DNA of 64,000 bases from an uncultured Planctomycetota bacterium (GTDB taxonomy: Bacteria > Planctomycetota > Planctomycetia > Pirellulales > Lacipirellulaceae): positions 704,001 through 768,000 of the forward strand of contig CAVRBU010000004.1 in the NCBI GenBank assembly GCA_963719315.1, read 5' to 3'. Within the stretch, counting starts at the first letter, position 1. Each line of letters starts with the position of its first letter. Made by a program: the position numbers and the translations under genes. Positions 9,424 to 18,344 of this stretch are shown piece after piece. The notes beneath the pieces were generated by a model. That model saw nothing but the letters and a program-made list of their open reading frames with translations, searched no databases and was not told the DNA's origin.

Positions 9424-10911
9424 TCATGCTCCAGCCGCTGCAGCATTCTTCGCTCGGCGGGCTTTTTTGTTTTGTTGGCCGGCCGCTCGCTTTTTGCCTG
9501 CGGCGTTGCCCCACAATGGCGCCACGTTAAGCTCGTTCCAATTGTCCCAAGCGGTTTGCAGTTCCTTCGCTTTCTGGGGCTCGGCGCCGATTAGATCCTG
9601 CGTCTCCCCGATATCGTTCTTGAGGTTGTACAGCTTAGCGGCGGTCACGCGGCCCGGACGGCCGTCGGCCGCGGGGTCGTAACGCACGAGTTTCCAATCG
9701 CCGCGGCGAATTGCCATCTGCGGACCAAAACGCCAGTAAAGCGTATCGTGGGGCGCAGTGGAAAATTTGCCGTTGAAATACGGCAGCAAATCGACGCCGT
9801 CGAGCTTCGAGTCGCCGGCGACGTCGACGCCGGCTGCGGTGAGCGCGGTCGGCAAGATATCGAGCTGTACAACCGGCTTGTCGTAAACTTTGCCGACCGG
9901 AACGTGTCCCGGCCAGCGGACGAAGAACGGCACGCGGATGCCCCCTTCCAGCGTCGTGCGCTTCGAGCCGCGGAGCGGATCATTCAGCGAGGCATTGATC
10001 GAGGTGCCCTGCATCGTGGGGCCGCCGTTGTCGCTGATGAAGAACACGAGCGTGTTGTCTTCGAGCTTCTTCGCGCGGAGCTCGTCGAGCACTTTGCCAA
10101 CATTATCGTCCATCGCGCTCATCATCGCGGCATACGTGCGCCGCGATGATTCATTGATGTGCTTGAACTTCTCGAGCCGGGCGTCGTCGGCGTTCATTGG
10201 CGTATGCACGGCGTTGAATGCGAGATACAAGAAAAACGGCTTGTCGGCATGCCGATCGATGAACGCGACCGCCTCCCGGCCGAAGGCGTCCGTCAGATAT
10301 TCCTTCTCCTCGTAGCGTTTTTCGCCGCGAAGCATGAGCGGCCGGGCATCGGGGAAATAGCCGTGGGCGCCGCCGAGGAAGCCGAAGAAATCGTCGAAGC
10401 CGCGCTGCTGTGGATGGAATTGCGGTGCGCTGCCGAGATGCCATTTGCCCACGATGCCGGTCGTGTAGCCGGCGGCTTTGAAGCGGTTGGCGATCGTGGT
10501 TTCCGAAACCGGCAAGCCGTTTTGGTCGTTGGATTCGAGCGCTTCATCTTGTTCTTTGCTGCCGACGCGCGGCGCGACAGCTCCCCGATTGGCGGGCTTG
10601 GGGCCGCCCGGATTGAATTCGTGACCGAAGCGAGTTTGGTAACGCCCGGTGAGCAACCCGGCCCGGGTTGGCGAGCAGTACGGCGCCGAATCGTAGCCGC
10701 TCGTACAACGGATGCCGCTGGCGGCCAGAGCGTCGAGGCGGGGCGTGGGGATGTCTTTGCATCCCTGCACCCCGAGATCGGCGTAACCCATGTCGTCGCC
10801 GACGATAATCACGATGTTCGGCTTGGCGTTGGCGGCGGTGGCAGTGTGCGGGCTAAGTGAATTAGTCGCCAGTAAGAACAGGAATGCAAGTTGGATTGGG
10901 CGTGCGACCAT
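9424..10911 (-). CDS. Arylsulfatase-family sulfatase
   Basis: PNIVIIVGDD, catalytic CSPTRAGLLTGR, GKWHLG, SDNGG, EGGIRVPF. Confidence 0.95.
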   Translation of the reverse strand: MVARPIQLAFLFLLATNSLSPHTATAANAKPNIVIIVGDDMGYADLGVQGCKDIPTPRLDALAASGIRCTSGYDSAPYCSPTRAGLLTGRYQTRFGHEFNPGGPKPANRGAVAPRVGSKEQDEALESNDQNGLPVSETTIANRFKAAGYTTGIVGKWHLGSAPQFHPQQRGFDDFFGFLGGAHGYFPDARPLMLRGEKRYEEKEYLTDAFGREAVAFIDRHADKPFFLYLAFNAVHTPMNADDARLEKFKHINESSRRTYAAMMSAMDDNVGKVLDELRAKKLEDNTLVFFISDNGGPTMQGTSINASLNDPLRGSKRTTLEGGIRVPFFVRWPGHVPVGKVYDKPVVQLDILPTALTAAGVDVAGDSKLDGVDLLPYFNGKFSTAPHDTLYWRFGPQMAIRRGDWKLVRYDPAADGRPGRVTAAKLYNLKNDIGETQDLIGAEPQKAKELQTAWDNWNELNVAPLWGNAAGKKRAAGQQNKKARRAKNAAAAGA

Positions 10912-11158
10912 CGTATGTTCCTTTTTGGGGTGTCCGGTCGGCGAAGGTGGATGGTTCTAACGTAATTCGCGGGTAGACGGTGTCAAGCTGCAGGACTTGA
11001 CCAGTTCGAATCGGATCAACTATCCGTAATTCTAAGGCGTTCCGAAATTAATACCCGGACTTTTCGGGATATTTCCAAACGACAGGGCGATACATAAATC
11101 CCTGCTAGCGCCTGGCACCGCGAACCAGTACCATTATTCCTCTCGTGGAGCGAGAAGG

Positions 11159-11569
11159 CTAGATGTCTCGATATTGCAGCGACACGAGAATGCACGGACC
11201 GCTGGCAATTACGCTTGCGCCAGCGGCCTCTGCCGCCTTGATCGCCTTTTGGCTTTCGGCGCCGGGCTGCATCCAGATTTGCTTGATGCCGCGTTGGATT
11301 GCGTCTTGCACGACGCGTTCGGTGACGGGCGGCGGCGTGACAATCGAGACCGCGTCGATCGTCCCGGGAGCCGACGCAAGGTCGCGGTATGCGGCCAGGC
11401 CTTCCACTTCGGTTGCGGTCGGGTTGATGGGCACAACTTCGCGATCGTTCTGCATGTAAACGCGCAGCACTTTGTTGCCGTACTTGCTGCGGTCTTGCGA
11501 TGCGCCGACGACGGCGAATCGCTTGCTTGCTAGAAAGGAATCAATTTTTTCTTGCGAGGATGATGCCAT
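11159..11569 (-). CDS. CoA-binding protein (YccU-like)
   Basis: FAVVGASQDRSKYGNKV, PINP, IWMQPGAES, GPCILV; start taken at MASSSQ. Confidence 0.9.
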   Translation of the reverse strand: MASSSQEKIDSFLASKRFAVVGASQDRSKYGNKVLRVYMQNDREVVPINPTATEVEGLAAYRDLASAPGTIDAVSIVTPPPVTERVVQDAIQRGIKQIWMQPGAESQKAIKAAEAAGASVIASGPCILVSLQYRDI

Positions 11570-11595
11570 CGTGATGCTCAGGCGGCGTGGAATTT

Positions 11596-12048
11596 CTAGG
11601 CGGCGAGCCGGTCGATCAAGCGCTCCACTTCGCGCTCCAGGTGAGGGATCGCGACGTCGGGCGCCGCGCAATCGAGATCGTGGACGTGCCAGAATTCGAC
11701 GCGATCGGTGCATCCGGGAAACTTCGCCTCGAACATCGGCCGGTGCTCGTCTTCTTTCACGGCAATAATTCGATCGGCGGCGGCCAGATCGGCTTCGGAG
11801 ACCGGCAACGGCGAGCGGTCGCAGCCGTCCGACGCGATGCCGCGGACCATCAGGCTGGCGATCGTGAATCGCGAGATGGGGCCGTTGTTGCACGGGTCGA
11901 TTGCGAGCCCTCGGGAGTCGGCCGTCCAGCCTAGGCCGCGCTTCTTGGCTTGCCAGTTGAACAGTATCTCGGCAAACCGGCTGCGGTAATAATTACCGGT
12001 ACACAGAAACAACACGCGCTGCGACTTGTTGGTATTTCTTTTTTCCAT
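11596..12048 (-). CDS. Low-molecular-weight phosphatase / arsenate reductase fold protein
   Basis: P-loop VLFLCTGNYYRSRFAE, ADSRGL, WHVHD. Confidence 0.85.
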   Translation of the reverse strand: MEKRNTNKSQRVLFLCTGNYYRSRFAEILFNWQAKKRGLGWTADSRGLAIDPCNNGPISRFTIASLMVRGIASDGCDRSPLPVSEADLAAADRIIAVKEDEHRPMFEAKFPGCTDRVEFWHVHDLDCAAPDVAIPHLEREVERLIDRLAA

Positions 12049-12163
12049 GCATTTTAATCCGGTGACTTGCCGTTGGCCCCATTTTACATTTATTGTGGCG
12101 AAGGTTACATGCCGCGTGCAAGGTGGAAAAGATCAAATCAACGCAACCCGGGCGGGCATCTCT

Positions 12164-13290
12164 ATGAATAAGAACATGGTACGAAGAATCTCTAGTCGCT
12201 GTCGTTTACTCCTAACGCGGCTCCTCGCTTTGGCGATGTTGTTTGCCGCGGTTCGGGCCTATGCGGCTGAGCTTTCGGTCCGCTATCCGGGTGCCGAGGG
12301 CCCCGGCAAGGGTAAGCACGTTGTGTTGATCTCGGGCGATGAGGAATACCGCTCCGAGGAAGCACTGCCGCAGTTGGCGAAAATTCTGTCTGCCGAGCAT
12401 GGCTTCGATTGCACGGTCCTGTTCGCGATCGATCCGAAGACGGGCATCGTGAATCCGAACAATTTGCAAAACATTCCGGGACTCGCGGCACTGAAGGACG
12501 CCGAACTGATGATCCTCTTTTCGCGGCGACGCGATCTGCCGGATGACCAACTGCAACTCATCGACGACTATGTGAAAGCCGGCAAACCGGTACTCGGCAT
12601 TCGCACGGCGACGCACGCCTTTTTGCCACCGATCGATTCGAAGTGGGCGCATTACGGCGACACGTACGCCGGCGACAAGAAGGAGTGGGAAGGCGGCTTC
12701 GGTCGCGTCGTCCTCGGCGAGCGGTGGGTCAGTCATCACGGCGATCATAAGCACACGAGCACGCGCGGGATTCTCGCGCCCGGAGCGGCGGGACACCCGA
12801 TTTTGCGCGGCATCAAGAGCGGCGAGATTTGGGGACCAACCGATGTGTACGGTGTGCGACTGCCGTTGCCCGGCGATTCGCAGCCGCTCGTGCTGGGTCA
12901 GGTCACCGGCGCAAGGGCGAGTACGATGAACACGATCGGATGTATGGCATGCGCCCAGAGGATGGCCCGGCCGTAAAAGGCTCGAAAAACGATCCGATGA
13001 TGCCGATCGCCTGGGCCAAGACGTATCAGATTCCAGGCGGCAAGCACGGCCGGGCGTTCACCTCGACCATCGGTGCGTCGGTCGACTTGCTGAATGAAGC
13101 TACGCGGCGATTGCTGGTAAACGCGGCGTACTGGTGCGTCGGCATCGAAGACCAGATTCCGAAAGGCGGCACGCGCGTCAATCTCGTCGGCAAATTCGAG
13201 CCGACGCAATTCGGATTTCGCAATGATGAATATTGGGCGAATCGCAAGATGTCGCCCGACGAGTTGCGCATCGACGCCGCCGTGAAATAG
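12164..13290 (+). CDS. ThuA-like domain protein, apparent frameshift near 12908
   Basis: HVVLISGDEEYRSEEALPQLAKIL, GIRTATHAF; continues in ORF 12829..13290 (PMMPIAW, FTSTIGAS, RRLLVNAAYW). Confidence 0.8.
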
Positions 13291-13347
13291 ATGGAGCGCT
13301 TCTTTCTTGCTATTAGGCGGTCGGGCCCATCATCCTTACTCAAAGTG

Positions 13348-13483
13348 AAACCGCCAAGCACGCCAAGAGCACCAAGTCTTCATTGATTACGATAAAGACG
13401 CGATAGCCTGCCGAAACGGCCCTTCACAGACGAACTGTACGTCAATTTGATTTCTCTCTGCATTCCTTGGCGTTCTTGGCGGT
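13348..13483. repeat. AACCGCCAAG...CTTGGCGGTT inverted-repeat element, copy 1
   Basis: AAACCGCCAAGCACGCCAAGAGCACCAAG ... CTTGGCGTTCTTGGCGGTT between convergent genes; related copies at about 37974 and 59591. Confidence 0.6.
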
Positions 13484-13489
13484 TCATTT

Positions 13490-15550
13490 TCAGTTTGAGA
13501 TTCTTGGAAAACGCGTGCGCGATCCCTGCGGACTGCTCGTCATGTGGATGTTGTGGACCTGCATGTCGGTGATCGCTGCGTCCATGGTTGCGGCAGTCGT
13601 TGAGGTCGTATCAGTTGCAAGTTTCGAGCGGCCAAGTGACCGCAAACCGAAATCCACGTTGCCGACCGTCAAACCGCCCCGCGAAATGAGAACCGCCCGA
13701 TCGGTGACGGCAGACGTTAGCCGCGCCGGCGGCACGACGCGGACGATGTAGTCGCCCGTTTCGCTGAACGATGTGAAGCGGTAGCGGCCATCACGACCGG
13801 TGCGGGTTGTGGCCACAACCACGCCGGCGTCGTTCAGAAGTTGCAGCTGAACGCCGGGGATGCCTTGCTCCGTGCGATCTTGCCGGCCGTTGGCGTTGTT
13901 GTCCGCGTACACCCGCCCGTTCACTTCGGCCGTCATGAAGAACACATTGCCTTGCAGGTTGTTCACCGTCGTGTTGCGCTGAATGATGCTGGCAAGCGTC
14001 GTTTGCTCGAGATCGGCCAGCGCCCGGCCGGAGAACACGCGTTGATACCAGAATCGGTCGCCGTCGCGAAGCCGCTCGAACTGGTCGGCGATGATCGTGC
14101 GGGCCAATTGGCCCACCGAAGCGCCGGGCACGTGGTCCTCGGCAAGCGCCCCGACCCACAGGTCGATGTTGTCGACCGTGCCATAGAGCGACTTCAAAGT
14201 CGCTTGAACATCGGGATCGGACGATATCTGATCGAACCGTGTAACGCGCGTGAGGCCGTAAGCTTCGCGCACGCTATTGTAATCGGCCAAACCATGATCG
14301 CGGCCGCGCTGGATGTTGAGCGACGCGAGGTCGAGGCCGCCCTGCCCCGGCGCGCCGAACAGGAAGTTGCGTAGGCCATCGACGAGTTGGTTGTCGTCCT
14401 CCTGTGCAAGCGTCGAGGCGGCGTACTTCAGAATGCCGTCGATGCCGGTTTCTTTGAGCAGATCGGGGTTGAAAAACGCCTCGCTCAGTTCGACTTCGTC
14501 TCGTACGGCACGGCCGTCGTTGCCGAAAAACTCCACATCGTCGTTGATCAGCGTGTGGAGACGGAAAGCGGCCGTCGAAAACTCGTTCGAGATGCTCGGG
14601 TCGACCGTGGCATCGTAGCCGCGGTAGCGTGCGAGCGCATTTTGGCCCAACAAAGCCGGCAGAAACTCCTTGTAGGTAATGACCTGAAGCTCGGCGCCGA
14701 CGGTGGCTCGGGCCTGTTGGTAGATCTGCTCGTCGGTCCACCGCGGGTTCTGGCGGGCGAGCTGCGCGGCGATCCGATTGTGCTCCCGGACGAAGAGCGC
14801 CTGCATCGAGGTGAGCTCGACATTCTCGTTGGCTCGCACGTCGCCGGCCAGAAAGCTGCCGGAGGAATCCGTCGGCGGCAGGTTGCCCGTGCTCGTCTTC
14901 AATTTACCCCCGGAAAACGTTCGCAGACTGTCCGCTGTGGCCTTGTCCGAACCGTAAATCACCGACCCGTCGATCCACGAAGTAATCTCGTTGATCTGCT
15001 CACGCGGGTTGGACGTGCTGGTGCCGGTCGTGGCGTCGTAGCGCGAACGGGTAAAGGCGATGGTTTGAGTGCCGGTGCCGTTGGGGTCGAACTCGGCGTC
15101 GCCCAAAGGAACCGCAATGGCGGCCGACTCGCCGCCGGTTGTGGGCGGCTCGGTAAGGTCGATATCGTGGTCGATGAATTGACCAAACACGTAGATAAAC
15201 GCGGAAAGCTTTCGCTCGTTCAGCTCCGTATCTTCGTCTTGCGCGGCGAGTGCATTGCTGATGACGCGGGCGTCCGGGCGATTGGCGCCGGCCAGCGTGG
15301 AGATATCGTCGCCGTAATCGGTGCCGGCCACATGAATCAGTTGCTCGTTCGTGCTGCCCAGTTCCGTGTTGGTGAGATTGTTGCCGGTGCCGTCGTAAGC
15401 GCGTATGGCCACCACCGCCGTGGGAGGCGAAAAACTTGTAAGCGACGCCGAAGTCAAATCGGCCGCCATCAGTTGGCGAACTTCCAACATTTCGAGCGTG
15501 AATCGCTTCCGCGCGTACCGAGAGCGTCGCTTTGGTTGGTTGGCCCACAT
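13490..15550 (-). CDS. Secreted heme peroxidase (peroxidase-cyclooxygenase superfamily) with C-terminal SdrD-B-like domain
   Basis: Export motif LEMLEVRQLMA; distal GQFIDHD, GDVRANEN, FVREHNR, proximal AFRLH, NIQRGRDHG, LRDGDRFWY; C-terminal GRVYADNNANGRQD...GIPGVQLQL. Confidence 0.9.
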   Translation of the reverse strand: MWANQPKRRSRYARKRFTLEMLEVRQLMAADLTSASLTSFSPPTAVVAIRAYDGTGNNLTNTELGSTNEQLIHVAGTDYGDDISTLAGANRPDARVISNALAAQDEDTELNERKLSAFIYVFGQFIDHDIDLTEPPTTGGESAAIAVPLGDAEFDPNGTGTQTIAFTRSRYDATTGTSTSNPREQINEITSWIDGSVIYGSDKATADSLRTFSGGKLKTSTGNLPPTDSSGSFLAGDVRANENVELTSMQALFVREHNRIAAQLARQNPRWTDEQIYQQARATVGAELQVITYKEFLPALLGQNALARYRGYDATVDPSISNEFSTAAFRLHTLINDDVEFFGNDGRAVRDEVELSEAFFNPDLLKETGIDGILKYAASTLAQEDDNQLVDGLRNFLFGAPGQGGLDLASLNIQRGRDHGLADYNSVREAYGLTRVTRFDQISSDPDVQATLKSLYGTVDNIDLWVGALAEDHVPGASVGQLARTIIADQFERLRDGDRFWYQRVFSGRALADLEQTTLASIIQRNTTVNNLQGNVFFMTAEVNGRVYADNNANGRQDRTEQGIPGVQLQLLNDAGVVVATTRTGRDGRYRFTSFSETGDYIVRVVPPARLTSAVTDRAVLISRGGLTVGNVDFGLRSLGRSKLATDTTSTTAATMDAAITDMQVHNIHMTSSPQGSRTRFPRISN

Positions 15551-16108
15551 AGAATTCTCCTCTGTTCCGTGCCGAAAAAGTGGCTTTGCGAACGGGCCCT
15601 GCCCCGCGCTCATTGCGAAGCCGATAAGTGCTGAAACTATTAGTCGCGAGAAGCGAGCGACTCTATTCCATTGATGAGAAATCGATCGTCGATACAGCCA
15701 CTGCTGGCTGCTCCGAGACTCGGACGAGTTGATCCCAGCTTCATTCTCTTAGACAGAACGCTGACAATACTGTCACAGTGAATGATTAAAAATAGCTAGT
15801 GAGCGACGCGCGATCAGGCAAAAGCCATTGTTTCGACAATCTGACGCCGCGCAATGATGCGATGACGCGCAGGTGGGACGATTATGAACCAGGTTCCGCG
15901 CGTTGTGCGCAACGACGTTGGCATGGTCGCGGCAAGCGATTGCTCACGCGGCTTGGTGGTGGCCCCCGATGGGACGTGGGGGCTCGCTTGGTTAGACGCC
16001 GAGCGGCGAATGTGTTCGAGTTCATCCGATGGGCAATTGTGGATTGCTCGCGCACGAATCGCCGCCCGCGTCTCAGGAGAGAGTCTGTCGCACCATGGAT
16101 ATCAGATC

Positions 16109-17248
16109 CTATCGCCTGCGCAAGATTTGAGCGATGGCTGCCACCCGCGAGGCGGCGGATGAAATCGCCGTTCTGACTGCCGACGTAGAAGTCTGCGCTG
16201 TATCCGTCGACGTGCAGGTGCCGCCAAAGCCATGCGAATCGAACGCGAAGATGCCGCCGTGACCGTGACCGTGGCCGTAATCCTCTTGTTCCCCGAGCCC
16301 CAGCGTCTTCGTTCCGCCGATGACGGCCGTGTCGGCGATCGTGACGACGTCGTTGGCGTTCTTGCTCACGACCTTGAAATTGCCGCTCACGCTGCCGTCG
16401 TGCGTGACGGTGTTGTCGCCGGCGCCAAGGCGGGCGAAGAAATTGTCGGTGATCGCCGCCGTGGCGGCGATCGTTACCACGTCATTGCCGTCGCGGGCGT
16501 CGACCTTAAACGAGCCGCCGATCGAGCCTGCGGCGGTGACGTTGTTGTCGCCGTCGCCAAGCGCAAGATAGACGCTCTTCGTAACCGCCGACGTATCGGC
16601 AAGCGTCACCGTATCTGCGCCGCTGCCGGCGCCGGCGAACAAGTTCTTACCGATCGAGCCGTCCACGGTTACCGAGTTGTCGCCGTTGCCGAGCCACGTA
16701 CCGAAGTTGCCCGTCACCGAGGCGCCGGCCGCGATCGTCACCGCATCGGCACCGCTGCCGCCGCGAACGAAAAGATTGCCGACAGTCCCGTTGACGGTGA
16801 GGCTGTTCTCTCCGCTGCCGAGTTTGGCGAAGGCATAGCCGCTGATGGCCGTGTCGAGCTCCACAGTATCCGCGCCGCTGCCGCCACGATAGACGAAGCT
16901 CGCGGCGCTGCCGTTGGTCATTTGAAACGAGTTGGCGCCGTCTCCCAGATCGGCGTACACTCGGTCGACGCTTTGGCCCGTGAGATCGAGCGTGACGATA
17001 TTGTCAGCGCCGGCCGTTTCATCAATGTCGATTTTAATGTCGTCAGTGACGCCCGTGAGCGTCGTGCTATCCGCGATGAGCAAGTCGTTGTCGCGTACTT
17101 CGTAGGCACCCGTGCTAACGGCGACGATCTGAACCACGCCGTCGGCGTCTCCAGATACAACCAAGTCGCCATTGGTAACGGTGGCCGTTACTGCGAGCGC
17201 CAGCCTTTTTTCCAACGATTCAAATCGTGATAGTCGATGAGTGTGCAT
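16109..17248 (-). CDS. Planctomycete-type extracellular repeat protein (beta-solenoid-like)
   Basis: Export motif FESLEKRLALA; about 43-aa repeats containing LGxGxNxVTV and GGSGADxVT; His/Gly-rich tail. Confidence 0.75.
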   Translation of the reverse strand: MHTHRLSRFESLEKRLALAVTATVTNGDLVVSGDADGVVQIVAVSTGAYEVRDNDLLIADSTTLTGVTDDIKIDIDETAGADNIVTLDLTGQSVDRVYADLGDGANSFQMTNGSAASFVYRGGSGADTVELDTAISGYAFAKLGSGENSLTVNGTVGNLFVRGGSGADAVTIAAGASVTGNFGTWLGNGDNSVTVDGSIGKNLFAGAGSGADTVTLADTSAVTKSVYLALGDGDNNVTAAGSIGGSFKVDARDGNDVVTIAATAAITDNFFARLGAGDNTVTHDGSVSGNFKVVSKNANDVVTIADTAVIGGTKTLGLGEQEDYGHGHGHGGIFAFDSHGFGGTCTSTDTAQTSTSAVRTAISSAASRVAAIAQILRRR

Positions 17249-17650
17249 GGTTTGCCTATTCCATAACAATACGGTGCTTCAAGTCTTTTGTTCCGGCCTC
17301 TGTCGGGAATAGCAAAAGTGGCAATGCGCCACTGGCCTCGGAGCCCTCGGCCGCGAGAATAATTCAAGGGTGTCGCCCGATTTGCAAACGGACGCCTGAG
17401 ATTCTGCCGGGGCCCGCGGAAATGCGGTTCGTTCGCCCAACAAGTATCTGGACCGGAGAATGAGCCGCCGCGCCACGGCCAGGCGATAGATTGGCCGAAA
17501 AGGCGTAGTTTCCCCCAAAATCCCTCGCTCCGAAAGATTTTTCGTTGCGCAGGGCGGGAAATCCGGTCCCCAGGCGAGGGTGTTATCCACGCGCAAAGTT
17601 CGCAGCCGCGCGCCATAATGCAACTAATGTCCATTGCCCTTGAAAACGCA

Positions 17651-18343
17651 ATGAAATCGAGCCGGCCTCAAAATGAGCCGCAGCGCCCGGCCCAATCGTC
17701 GGCCAGCATCGCTTCGAACCCCGGCAGCGCCCAAGAATTGCTGAATCGGGCTCGGCGCGGCAGTAAGAGCAGCCTCGGAACGCTCTTGCAGCAGTACCGC
17801 AACTACTTGGTCGTATTAGCCTCGATGCAAATCGAAAAGCGACTGCAGCCCCGCGTCAGTCCGTCGGATGTCGTGCAAGAAACGATGCTGCGAGCCCACA
17901 AACACTTCGGCCAGTTCCGTGGGACGACAGAACAAGAGCTGTTGGCCTGGCTGCGGCAGATCCTGGTGAATAACTTAGCGAAATTCGTCGAACAGCATAT
18001 GCTGGCTGCCCGGCGCGATGTGCGGCGGGAAGTGTCGATGGAGCGAATCGGGGCCGCGTTGGAGCACTCGACCATCCAATTGGCTGCTCTCGTGCCGGCC
18101 GCCACGAAAAGCCCCAGTATGGCGGTCCAGCAGCGCGAGGAAGCAGTGGTGCTTGCCGATCGGCTCGCGATGTTGCCTGAAGACTATCGCGAGGTGCTGG
18201 TCCTGAGAAATCTGCGCGGCCTGCCGTTTGATGAAATCGCGCGGCAAATCGGCCGTTCGATCGGCGCAACGCGGATGCTCTGGTTGCGGGCGATCGAAAA
18301 ACTGAGATCGGTCTACCGCAAGGAAGACTCGAGCGAGGTCTAA
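17651..18343 (+). CDS. ECF RNA polymerase sigma factor (planctomycete STK-associated type)
   Basis: YRNYL, SDVVQETML, QFRG...LLAWLRQIL, LPEDYREVLVLRNL, RMLWLRA; the start could be 17618. Confidence 0.92.
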   Translation: MKSSRPQNEPQRPAQSSASIASNPGSAQELLNRARRGSKSSLGTLLQQYRNYLVVLASMQIEKRLQPRVSPSDVVQETMLRAHKHFGQFRGTTEQELLAWLRQILVNNLAKFVEQHMLAARRDVRREVSMERIGAALEHSTIQLAALVPAATKSPSMAVQQREEAVVLADRLAMLPEDYREVLVLRNLRGLPFDEIARQIGRSIGATRMLWLRAIEKLRSVYRKEDSSEV

Positions 18344-18344
18344 T

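Noticed and set aside
15799..16176. Short + strand ORFs between the peroxidase and the repeat protein
   Set aside because: No motif or RBS, and they overlap the 3' end of a real gene; probably non-coding.
17583..17591. DnaA-box-like TTATCCACG (also at about 38681 and, inverted, about 59367)
   Set aside because: Isolated single imperfect boxes, with no cluster, AT-rich unwinding element or dnaA context.
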